A DNA stretch of 36,158 nt from Asterionella formosa (taxonomy: Eukaryota). The position numbers and the translations under genes are program-made. The stretch spans positions 1-36,158 of the forward strand of contig NKIB01015397.1 in NCBI GenBank assembly GCA_002256025.1. The letters are read 5' to 3'. Positions 20,920 to 32,300 of this stretch are shown here, in pieces; within the stretch, counting starts at the first letter, position 1, and every line of letters starts with the position of its first letter. The notes below the pieces were generated by a model. It made no database searches, was not told the DNA's origin, and saw only the letters and a list, made by a program, of their open reading frames with translations.

Positions 20920-21483
20920 ATGAAAACTTCCATCGTCCTTGTCTTTCTCCTCCCTATGGCCACGTCTGCCTTGCAGGTTGGTAAATATCTGAATGGTCTG
21001 CCCGGCAAGACCTTCACCGTTCCAATTTTCACAGCTCCTGCACCAACACCTGTCGCGACTTCAGGTAGTGCATCTGGCTTCGGCGCAGGCTACCTCAGTT
21101 CCTTGCCAGGCAAGACCTTCACTACTCCGGTTGTCGCAACAACCCCTGCTCCTCCCAGTGGAGCTGGCTTTGGTACCAACTATCTTAGTTCTTTGCCTGG
21201 AAAGATTCATTCTACTCCTAATATTGCTGTCAAGCCAGCACCAACTGTTGTTGCTGTTTCTGGCTTTGGTTCTTCGTACCTCAGCTCCCTGCCAGGAAAG
21301 ACCTTCAGTTCTCCTGTCGTGACGGGTACACCAACTCCTTCTGCTGCATCCCCTGCTGCTGGATCTGCCTTCGGTGCTAGCTATCTCAGTTCGTTACCAG
21401 GAAAGACCCATACTACTCCTGTGTTTGCCAAGGCTCCTGCTCCTTCTCGCGGCGCATTCGGTGGTTACCTCAGTGGACTTTAA
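20920..21483 (+). CDS. Signal-peptide low-complexity repeat protein with six (FG)xxYLSSLPGK-type motifs; possibly plastid-targeted
   Basis: Intronless 187-aa ORF after an A/C-rich leader (AAAATACAACA-ATG). Signal peptide MKTSIVLVFLLPMATSA|LQ. Repeats are conserved as protein while codons vary synonymously, which indicates coding selection. Confidence 0.85.
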   Translation: MKTSIVLVFLLPMATSALQVGKYLNGLPGKTFTVPIFTAPAPTPVATSGSASGFGAGYLSSLPGKTFTTPVVATTPAPPSGAGFGTNYLSSLPGKIHSTPNIAVKPAPTVVAVSGFGSSYLSSLPGKTFSSPVVTGTPTPSAASPAAGSAFGASYLSSLPGKTHTTPVFAKAPAPSRGAFGGYLSGL

Positions 21484-23006
21484 ATGTGTCCAGTAAGATT
21501 GAAGTAGTTCATTTGTACAGCTAAAAGTTGAGTGAAGATTCTATTTTTTGTAACTTTCGCTTTTATACCTAGATTGAAGTAACAATGTCGTACTGTACTG
21601 GTGAAAGATCGCTTTCTTGGCAGTCTTTAGGCTTCTTTAGAGATAATCATTGAATTTAATTAGTTCTTGACCGTGTTGTCAACATTACTATCCTTGCCGC
21701 GAAAATTTGAAGTGCATATTTGTCGTCTCAATGAACAACGATGTATGGCTATGTTACAACAAATCTGGAGTAGACGCGGGATCGCAATTTAAATTAGGAG
21801 GAAGAAGTGCTTTTTCACTATGCAAATGGAGTTCACAATGTCAGTGTGGATTAATTGAGATGAAATGACAACAATGAGAATTTGAATATTACCAAGAATT
21901 CTCGCCATGAGACTAGCAAAAGTCACAGAGGTTCCACAACCCATGAATCTGGGCCTTGTAGGCGACACTAAGAAATACCTCCAACACAGCTCTCGATGAT
22001 TCCTATCTAATATTTGTTCACATCAAATTTCCAATATTAGGGATGATGCGTGCTATGTGCATCTTCGTCAAATAGGTGGCTAATATGAGATAGAACCTTT
22101 ACCATTGCAGCCCAATTGATCATGATGAAAAAACCAAGGATGGTGATCACCAATGAGTTGTTGATGACAGTAAGTTCATCCAATGTTCCAGATATAACCT
22201 CAAAACATGTTCATCTATAACTTTCTCCTAAATGAATTAAGACAAAACACTATGAAAACTCACATAAACGTACAGTCAAACACATATCATTGCATCATCA
22301 TGCGTCATCCTCTGGTCATGTTTGTAGTGGTGCAGCACATGGTTCCAGCATTGTTACGATATTCTGTCAAAGGTAAGTGTTGAATTGGGACAGAGAAATA
22401 TCTGATTGGCTGATCACGCTTGTGGCATAGATGAAAAAGACTCCCTGGTACTTCGTACCTGGTAAAGTCTAGTGTCTCATAACTAGACCAGATGTGCTGG
22501 TATGTTCATAGTCTAGATATATGATGTAGTATTGCAAAAAGTGAGTGCAATATGATACCTGGTACTCCGAGTAACACTGCAGTAGACCAGTAGGAGTGGT
22601 TGGATGATTAAAAATGACCCAATTCTTTGACAAACCATTTTAGCTCTATTGTTATTAGCCCATCACGGCAAAAATGATCCATGCAGCGGCGTTTTACTTG
22701 ATCAACTGCTTCCTTCATGCTTTTAGTTACTCCATCATCCATTGCTTCGTTCATCCCAAGTTTCGTGACTTGTGCTCCCATGGGACCATCAATTTGATCT
22801 CCTAGTGATGATGTTGATAGAATTCTTCCAAAACAATGGAACTATCCCACAGTGCTGACAAAGCCCTCTCATTTCAGGGCGACGAGAAATTTGCCTAGTA
22901 CCGTCAGCGAGGCAGCAGATTTGCATATACATATTATGTTGCATTTCAAAAAAGCCACAATATATACATATATACACGCAGCGTTCGTTTCCCACACAGT
23001 CCCCCA

Positions 23007-23426
23007 TCACTGAATGTGTTGGTGAATTTCAGGAAGTGGGTCTACTTTCAAATCATCCTGCCAATCCTTGGCATCTCCAATTAGGGCAACATTATCTCCT
23101 CGAATCAAATAAAGGCCCAGTGATACCTGCTCTACGTCGTCTTGTATACTGTAAACTCGCTCATGTGCTTCATTCAAAATCAAGTTTTGTACCTGATCAT
23201 GTCCCACTAGTGTCCCAATAATGATACGGCCGTCACAGGTAATGACTGTGATTTCTTCTGTAATTCATCAACATGAGTGTTTGTTAGATATGGCGGTGGT
23301 GTTGGTGGAATTAAAGTAATGGTCATGACGAATCAAGGTTGCTGTTGTTGTGCTTGGCGGAAGATACAGAAATGGTTGGGATTTGCCAGACTTACTCAGC
23401 TTCCATTCCGTCAACGTAGAAGCCAT
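23007..23426 (-). CDS. LSM8: U6 snRNA-associated Sm-like protein LSm8; 2 exons, 93 aa
   Basis: Exon 1 is 23426-23396, intron 23395-23258 (GTAAGT...TACAG), exon 2 is 23257-23007. Protein: MASTLTEWKLKEITVITCDGRIIIGTLVGHDQVQNLILNEAHERVYS...LGLYLIRGDNVALIG. Confidence 0.94.
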
Positions 23427-24123
23427 TTTGTATATGATGACTTATCTACAGAGTCACTAGTGGATTACTGATGACAGAGAAGGCGAATGGTTACCGGTGT
23501 TGAAGGATAAGAAAGGGAAGCAATCGTCATGAATGAGGATCATCAGAAATTATCTGCTCCATCCAGTGCAGTGGTGACAGTGGTACCAGANNNNNNNNNN
23601 NNNNNNNNNNNNNNNNNNNNNNNNNNNNNNNNNNNNNNNNNNNNNNNNNNNNNNNNNNNNNNNNNNNNNNNNNNNNNNNNNNNNNNNNNNNNNNNNNNNN
23701 NNNNNNNNNNNNNNNNNNNNNNNNNNNNNNNNNNNNNNNNNNNNNNNNNNNNNNNNNNNNNNNNNNNNNNNNNNNNNNNNNNNNNNNNNNNNNNNNNNNN
23801 NNNNNNNNNNNNNNNNNNNNNNNNNNNNNNNNNNNNNNNNNNNNNNNNNNNNNNNNNNNNNNNNNNNNNNNNNNNNNNNNNNNNNNNNNNNNNNNNNNNN
23901 NNNNNNNNNNNNNNNNNNNNNNNNNNNNNNNNNNNNNNNNNNNNNNNNNNNNNNNNNNNNNNNNNNNNNNTACCGGTACCAGGTATCATATGCCAGTACG
24001 TAATCTACCAACTCCATTGGCGGTATCCGATACCGGTATTTTGATTCACAATTTCTTCGCTCTCCTGCCTGCCTGCCCAGCCCTGCCCATCCTCACATTG
24101 CCCATTTGCCACTCGGCGCTGCC

Positions 24124-24924
24124 ATGTCGCTTGTTGGCCGTCGCATCATTGACAACTTGAAACGAAAAATCGGTCGCTACTACATCCTACCAGTACCTCC
24201 ATATGGAAGTATACACTATTGGGAGAAAGTGTATAAGCAACTGTCCCCACAAGATGTGTTTGAATGGGGACAAATTCATGCGGAGGATTTGGATCCACAT
24301 GACTTTCGAGTGATTCAATTTGGAGGCAAACCTGTAAACAGCGCACCCACTCGGACAACGTCACTGGGGTCTGCTTTGGATATTAATACACAAGATTCGC
24401 AGACATGTACCATTGTGCTTGGTTGTGGAATAAGCACTGTGGGCGAAGAGTTGGTTCGATACCATGGTTGGTCAGGAAGAATATCTCAAGTCGATTTTGT
24501 CAACAAGGTTATTGAGGAATTAAAGGTCAAATTGCAAGATTTGCCTAATGCAGAAGCTATTCTAGATGATGCAACTACACTTTCTACGTTTGAGGATTGC
24601 TCCGTGGATGCGGTCATGGACAAGGGCTTGATAGATACCATTTTCTGCGCCGATGAATACGAAAAGGTTGACGATATCATGAAAAGTGTACATCGAGTAT
24701 TGAAACCAGGAGGGGTATTTTGTGTATTTTCTTTTTCGAGACCAGAATTCATTCTCCCAAGGATGGAGAAGGTGGATTTACAACAGTTTGATCGGATGTG
24801 GAATGCGGTAGAAGTGAGAGAGTGCTTTCAGAAAATAATTATGTACCGGTTCAGAAAGGTGGCTGAGGATTTATCCAGGTTAAAGAAAGGAAGAAGAAAG
24901 GAGGGAATCAAAGTGCCACGGTGA
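24124..24924 (+). CDS. Class I SAM-dependent methyltransferase, EEF1AKMT4/METTL13-N-like
   Basis: ATG at 24124. Motifs: YGSIHYWEKVY, motif I VLGCG, VDF, VDAVMDKGLIDTI, VHRVLKPGG. Confidence 0.82.
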   Translation: MSLVGRRIIDNLKRKIGRYYILPVPPYGSIHYWEKVYKQLSPQDVFEWGQIHAEDLDPHDFRVIQFGGKPVNSAPTRTTSLGSALDINTQDSQTCTIVLGCGISTVGEELVRYHGWSGRISQVDFVNKVIEELKVKLQDLPNAEAILDDATTLSTFEDCSVDAVMDKGLIDTIFCADEYEKVDDIMKSVHRVLKPGGVFCVFSFSRPEFILPRMEKVDLQQFDRMWNAVEVRECFQKIIMYRFRKVAEDLSRLKKGRRKEGIKVPR

Positions 24925-25413
24925 AACTTTCGCAATCATTCAGTGAGTGGAGCTAAGTCACCTTGAATGTAATTTGATCAAGTCGTTGGTACCAAGCGTC
25001 GGCCTTGCCTCTCATGCAGTACAGTTTTCTACCCGCCCAAATAGCTCCTACCAATGGCGAGTACAACAGCTTATATGTTGTACATGTGAACATAAACACC
25101 TGACGCAATAGAGCCGCTTGCTTGTATAGAGAGTTGCTATCTACTATCTTGATAATAAAACCTCTTATAATTAATTGAGGGTCTTTGCCCCTTTTGGTCA
25201 CATCCCCATTGTAATTCCTGGATGTGCGAAGTGATTTAGTGTGCCATGAATACTCCCACCAGCACATGATCCATGAAAGACAAATACCGGTAATCAATTC
25301 TATCTGGGCATTGCATGGGAGTGCTATTTACGCATTGACTTGTCAACATTTCAATTGTTTCACGTACTAACCATACCCATCCCCTGATTCTCGCTGCTAT
25401 CAAATGATTTTGT

Positions 25414-25441
25414 CGCTCAACGCTCAACGCTCAACGCACAA
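25414..25441. repeat. Heptamer microsatellite
   Basis: (CGCTCAA)x3 followed by CGCACAA. Confidence 0.8.
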
Positions 25442-25988
25442 CCACACCATAATTTCTTCGACTCGAGTAGCTACCGAAATTTACCGGTTTAATAGTATCG
25501 GTTACATTGCTTGGAGTGGCTAATAAATAATAACCATAATTATAATTACGAAATGATGACGACATGAAGAATATATACCTGGCGGCCTCATGAAGATTTG
25601 CTGGTATACATTCTCAAATATAAAAATATTCCTGTATGATAGTTATAACCAAGTTTGGATTCGTATGATTGACTAATTGTCTAAATAAAAAAATACAGAA
25701 AAGGACTTTCTATTGCTTCATGATGTACCGGTAAACTTGTTGGGGTTGCCTTGTCAAAAGAAATCATCAGCAAGCTGCTTCCATCCCGTCGACGCCGGAT
25801 GTCTTAAACACGAGAACTATTTGGAAAATCGGTAATTGTTATTCGTCGTTCCGTTACGAACCATTCAATTCCTTTGCGACACCCTGATTGGTCGGTGCAA
25901 ATAGCGGTGGCAATAAAACGCTTTGGAAAATATACAAGCTTCTCCTAGTCGACTGAAGATTCTCAAATTTTAATGGTCCAATTGACGA

Positions 25989-26615
25989 ATGTCGAACAGG
26001 AGCATCAGCATCAGCAGTATTCTGCTAGACAATCTAGACAGCGAACTCGAGGAGGATTACCCCATTGCAGACGAAGCTACTCGAGACATTGTAGTAATCC
26101 CCAAAGCCACTTACGATGAATGGGCCCACGCACTGAAGTCTGTCGTTTCCAGCCTCCTGGACGTGACAAGTGACTGGATATACTACTTTGCAGTCTTGAA
26201 GATACCCTCTCTCCATCGATTCGTGTTTGGTCTATACATCATCTGTATTGTCAGCACACTTTCGTCTATCTCTGTCATGTTGATGGAGTATAAACGGCTA
26301 CGAAACCCAGAAAGCAAAACGCTGTGTGGCATTCGATTCAAATATTTCAATGCATTTGAGATATTATTCGAGGATACCCCCCAAATCATACTGACAGGAT
26401 GGATTCACATGGATCAAAACGGATTTTCAACCGAGGGTGTTTTCAATCTGATGTCGTCAGCGTACAATTCGTTTCATGGGTTTCTCGATCTAATGAGACC
26501 GGACCAAAGAGAGCCTAACCCGAAACCAATCGCAGTTCCCACTGAAGAGTTGAAAGGTATGCCAAGAACGCAAAAAGTTGAAACATCTGCTTCACAGCAA
26601 CGTTTGCTCTGGTAA
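25989..26615 (+). CDS. Multi-pass membrane protein with an XK-related-like ED(T)PQ motif
   Basis: 208-aa ORF with 3-4 hydrophobic segments. LDVTSDWIYY and EILFEDTPQIILT resemble the D..D and ExxPQ motifs of XK-like proteins. Confidence 0.6.
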   Translation: MSNRSISISSILLDNLDSELEEDYPIADEATRDIVVIPKATYDEWAHALKSVVSSLLDVTSDWIYYFAVLKIPSLHRFVFGLYIICIVSTLSSISVMLMEYKRLRNPESKTLCGIRFKYFNAFEILFEDTPQIILTGWIHMDQNGFSTEGVFNLMSSAYNSFHGFLDLMRPDQREPNPKPIAVPTEELKGMPRTQKVETSASQQRLLW

Positions 26616-28084
26616 ACCTTGAAAATGTTGCACTTCAGCTGCCATCTAGGCAACACCGAGTGAATTTGAATGTTTTCTCCATTCAAAAACAATCCAGGAA
26701 CCGTCAAATCCAGCAATGCGGAATAACAATAACTTTTGAAGTCTAAATAATTCATTTTGTCAACAATGTTAAATACTATTTGCGTAGGAAGATTCGGGAT
26801 CACGTTGAATGTCGTGACCCTTGTGCATTTACAGCTAATGACCAGTGCTGTTGATAACGCTAATCAGGTTGTACCCCTGGTACTCATCTCTCAATGTTCA
26901 GCGAGTGACCTCAGAGAATGATTCCATTTTGGTTCAAATGCACGGAAGAACCCCTTACGATCACTGCCGTGATGTGCACAAACAAATGGACGACTATGCA
27001 ACTGATCCTCATCGCTGTCACTATTTAAAGTATCAACATCAATCGTCATCAATACTCCGATGTATTCGAAGCTAGATAGGCGACTTGAAGTAGTTCTTTT
27101 CTACTTTGCAATCCTAATTTATCTACAAGTAAGGAGCTAAATATTCGACTTGTTTTACTCCTACCCTTGACTGTACTAGCTCAATGCCTTCCTGTTGACT
27201 TCAAGATGTGACTTCCGGTAGTACTGCGTAGCTGGCAGTTGCATTACGTCACGCAATCCAGTTTTGCTGGAACACCCTCGTTATGAGTCAATGTGTTACA
27301 TCCACTTAGAATCCAGAGCAACGATCTAGAGAACTAAGGAAGTAAAAATTTCTGAAACATTGAGCTATTCCTCCCCCGAGTACCATGCAGAACCATTGTT
27401 CTCCGTTTACTGGAGTACTTTTCACCTACAAGCAAGTGCCTCTGGCTAAAACGAGTACTCCCAGAGTAATAAACTCGAGCCAGTATAAACTAAATAGTGA
27501 TTGCACGCTCCTCGGCGTTTGCGAACATCAAACACTACCAATATCTTTCACCTTGATATGCCATGCCTTCCAGGGAAAGCCAGAATGGAATCGTCTACTA
27601 AGTTCCAGCAGTCTACTGGCATGTTCTCGCGTTAGCGAGCTGGGGAATTGTGCACATCGGTGGTACTCCAACAAATTGTGGAAACTATTTGCGTTTTTCT
27701 CGGTGTGCAGCATCCTAGCTAGTGATCTCTTACCAGTTTGCTCGTTAAGATTATGACTTTGATACTCCGACGAGTTTAAGTAGCTCCCCGGTGGTCTGGC
27801 GTGCGATTTTGCCGCTCCAGGGACTGAAAAGTCGAGTTCCAAAACATGGAGTCTTTCCCCTTGAGCCAACAAGGTTTGCATGCTTGCATTCGACTCCGCA
27901 TGGCAATCGCCCCAGACTGTGTAACTCTCTACATATCGGTAAGTAGTTGATAGACAACGCGACTAGCTACATAAATAGTGTCTTAATTCATTTGATTCTT
28001 AATGTCTGCACTGTGCATCCGGCGGCGCTCAGCAATCATTACTTTAGTAGCTAGCTAGGTATATAATAAACAAGGAGCAACTGA

Positions 28085-28900
28085 TTACCGGTACCAGTAC
28101 CAGGTAGCTTATGAATCGGTTCTCTACTGGGTTGGAGGAGTACCTGGTAACCAGGTTACCTGATATTAGGGTTCCAGCAAGCGTGTGGTAACCTATTATA
28201 GTATCAATGAGTCGTATGATATTTGTTTCCAAGTCACTAGTATCAAATCTCACTTCGAACAACGTACAGTACCAGTACTACCGATAATGCAAACCTTGAA
28301 AAATGAAGTATATAGAAATAGTCTTGGATTCCTCGACCAAAGCCCAGTCCTAAAATTAACAATTCAGCGGGACATCATTTTGTTGAGAGGTCTACAAATC
28401 CAGTGATGTGTTGGCGACAGTACAGAAAAGGCATCACCACTACTACCGGTATCTGTAGACGGTACCAGGTATGGGTACTGGTACCGGACCTGGTGCCAGT
28501 AATATTTATTTGACTCGGTACTGGCAAGTACCGTACAAGGTACCAGGTATGCACTACAATTTCGTTAACAACTATTCCTGAGTTTTTTATATGGTACCTT
28601 TTTCTTTATTATGTGCGTAGTGGTTGTTGTATTGGCGAGGAAAATTTAAGAAAGAACTTATTATACATAACGGTATTCTTTGGAGGAACAGTACCAGGTA
28701 CCCTGGTACCGGTAGACGAAGTCGAAAACCACAACCTATACCTCGCTACCAGGTGATACCAAAACGATGGGACGCGCATATGGTATCATTTGTTTCAAAG
28801 TACTGGTACAACATACAATTATAGACTATGGGTTAAAATATTAGCAGGACGCTCGTCCAATACGTGCAGTATAGATCCTGGTATCATACCGGTACACATG
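28085..28900. repeat. Low-complexity intergenic tract of short palindromes (GGTACC, ACCGGT, CCWGG, AGTACT)
   Basis: At least seven GGTACC between 28090 and 28710, interleaved with CCAGG/CCTGG and ACCGGT. Confidence 0.8.
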
Positions 28901-29385
28901 TATGATAGGAGAGACTTGTTAACTATCTTGGAAACAAGAAGCTTTTTGATTGCTTTCAAGCTCGAATTTTTAGGTTGGATGTAACATGAAAATGATGCGT
29001 CGGTTAGCATAAACGACTGGAATTTTGTCATCAGGTATGAATATCCTGCATCACTTATATATTGTTGATCAACGAATAAACCAATTGAATAAATGATTTA
29101 AGCTTCGATGGTGCGCGCGCGCCCAAAGTTAGAGTTCAAATGTCGTGCAGCCTCTCACGAATTTAACTCAGCTCGCGAATATATTCATGTCTATATGCAG
29201 CATAGGGCTGACAACAGCGCTTTATGGAGTCTTTGCTTCTTGTCAAGCGTACCTGAACTCATCGGTATTATTCCACGACAAAGTCCTCGTGATAGCTTAC
29301 GAAACGTAGTGGCGTGCTGATAGTTTGCTCGATCGTCGAGTGGCTTCGTTGGTGGTGTTGTCGTTTTCTGCTTTGGAAGCAGGGA

Positions 29386-32300
29386 ATGATGACATTGAAC
29401 CCCAGCACCATTAGTTCAGATAAAAACAGCGGCAAAACAATGGTGTCGAATCCCTCCGCGTTGCGAAGGCGGAAACCAAAAGGGACAAATGCTGCCTTTG
29501 GTCAAAGCAGCGTCGAGTCCAATGATAGACCAGACGAAGGTTCCACGACGTCAAGCACTGTATCAACTCTAGGTCCGGCAATGCAGAGAAAGAACCAGCC
29601 TCAACATCGTTCAACCGGCTCATCGTCAGATATAGCGATAAAGAACAATCCATCGCATTCTGCGCGCTTAGCTTTGGTGTGCTGTCAGAACGTCTTGCAT
29701 TACAAAACGCAAACGCAATTAAGTCTCTGCCCACCTGGACATAATCGAAGAACTTTGCAAGGCGCCATTCGAACAAGACAGCGTCGAACCATTTCGCCGA
29801 GGAATCCCCCGAAGCAGGAAGGAACCGATGAAGTCTTCTACGGGCTTGACAAGCTTCTGGGGGTTGAGGAGCTGGCAGGATATTTAAAAAATGACGATGA
29901 ATACTTGTTAACGACTAATACATTTGATTTGGAAAGCGATGAAGAAGCCAGTTCAGGAGATGACGATGATCTGGCTGATTTGGAGGATGTCTTGGGCTGG
30001 GAGTATCCAGCAACTCTTTCCTCCGCGGCTGGAAAATGTATAGAAGAAAAGTACTCATCGTTGAGAGAACCCTTGTTTACATCGCCAGGATCGGATCCTC
30101 CCAACAAAGGACAAGCTACTTCTGGGACCGCCGCAAAGTTGCCATTTCATCATCGCAAGATTCGTCTCTTTGATCAAGTCTCATCTCAAGACCGAGCAAC
30201 TGCGAGGGTTTACCTCAGAGAGCAACTCAGAAAAGGAAAGAAACGAGATGGAAAATTTCTTTTTCTTCACTTGAAACAAATGCAACTACAGGAAAAGAGA
30301 CGACTTCAAGTTGAACGCGGAGAAATTTCTGACACTGTATCAGACGAGGACAATATGGACGTAGACGATCTTGTTGAGGAAGGTATGTCGAGTTTTGAAG
30401 GTTTTATGACACCCAGCATTTCTGTGGCCCTCTTGTTAGAGAGTTTAGCTATGAATCCTTTGGAATCTATAGAGGGCATGTCCAAGTGTTACGATGGAAT
30501 TGTGGCTGCTGGGGTCGCATTGCTAGACGCTTCTATCAGAAATGAGCGACCCACTCGGTCAGAAGTTATCGCTGCTCTTGCACCTCTACTTATTACATCT
30601 CTAGAGCAAGCATCTGGGGACGTCATTTTACAGTTGTCGAGGATGCGAAGAATGTGTGGTACCACTAGATATCAGCGACGATTCGTCCAGCGAATTGCTC
30701 CGATTTTGGTACGACCAGTAAGAGGTGCAATCTGGTGTTTAAAGCATCAAAATGACATGGAACCAATTCTTGCGGCTACGGAGCTCATTTTCGACAGTGC
30801 AGGTGATGTGTTCAGCAAGGGTTGGCATGACCGAGGTCAGCAAATCTTGGCTGATTCGGCGCGCAAGTTGACATTGAACACCGCTGCAGAGCAGTTGCGG
30901 AATTTGAGTTCTGATGCGGAGGGTGGGCTTGGACTTCACAAATGGAGACAGACGCGAATGATAAGTGGTTCCACACAAGCGAAGGATGTCGGGAGAGCCG
31001 AGCCATTGGCAGAATGGGAAGTTATTGCTGTGGATCGTCAAATTAGGATTTCCATCGGTAACATCCTTTCCATGGACTGGTCCAGGGTGGCTGAACCCAA
31101 CTACACTGAGTTAATCTCATCAAAGAGGAACAAATCGACGGGATCCTTGTCTCACTCTGGAATCAGAGCCGGTCGAAGTGGAGAAAATACCAAGGCTGCC
31201 GGACCGAGAAGCCCCTTGCGACAAATGGCAAAATCACCCTACACTCCTGCATCATATCATCCTGTGATGGCTCCTCCACCAGCTCCAGATATTGTTGAAT
31301 CAGTTTTCGGGAGCTCCTTTTTGAGTCAGCCAATGAACTCACTTGTCATAGGTCGAAGCTTAAGCCCAGACGTTTCCATGTCTCCTGGGGCCTTGTCTAG
31401 CTCGCCAAATAACTGGGTTTCTAGGAAGATAGGATCACCGCATACACCGAAGTCCAACTACTCTGACGCGGTACCCAGTACTCCTCCGCGATCGCCACCC
31501 ACTACTTCTGCGTTTCAGCCACTTCCTTCAATGACACGCTTGGAGCTTTTAAGTCCACATCAACCTCTCAGCATAGAGGCTCCTATGGGTGTGAAGTCGC
31601 CACCTTCTGGTGTTGATCGAGCACCCTTGTCACCATCGGCTTCAGTATCATCCGCTGATTTTGTACCGCATGCTCGCCTCATGAGTTCCAATTCTTCAGG
31701 TGCCTCTGTTGGGTCTTCAACCGCTCAACCAGCTCACTATCGCACCCTAACGTCGACTGCTGCCGAGCGAAAACGGACTGTTGCCGCATGTCGTGCATTG
31801 AGGTCGCAGATTCAAAGATTTGAAGAAGCCTTCATGCAATTGCATGGTAGACCCCCTAAGGGTACATCCGAACGATCACCTTTAGCAACGACCTATGCGC
31901 AATACCGCGAATGGAAACGAGCCATTCGAGCAGATGCAGCTTGCAGGATACAAGCACTCTTCCGCGGGGCGACGACAAGGTGGTCACTTCTTCGAAGCAG
32001 TAGCCCGCGCCTTTCCCGAGTTGTCATGATTCGGACGGGCAGACCTGGAGGAGCAGAAGCGATGCTTCTAGGGAAACTGCAGTCAGATAACGTTCTCAAA
32101 CGACTCAGTATTCCGGTTGAAATTGGGAGCGAATCCGACCGTGGACGTGGATTATCACCAATTGTTAGCAGTTTGGTGGCTGCATCGCATACCTCGGTCC
32201 CGAATCAGACTCAAGGCGATAATATGGGAGTCGAGGTATTCATCAATCCAATGCATGGAAGCCCTACGGTCTCGACTTCATCACCGTCGCCAACATGGAC

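Noticed and set aside
21850..22210. Minus-strand fragments faintly like leucine-rich repeats (ELTVINNSL, IIPNIGNL)
   Set aside because: They are in different frames with several stops, too weak to call a pseudogene.
22806..22858. GTGATGA...CTGA resembling C/D boxes
   Set aside because: Only about 53 nt, with no terminal stem or recognisable rRNA antisense element, and it lies antisense to the region downstream of LSM8.
27385..27957. Overlapping ORFs of 68-123 aa on both strands
   Set aside because: No recognisable motif or consistent splice model; possibly a decayed fragment.
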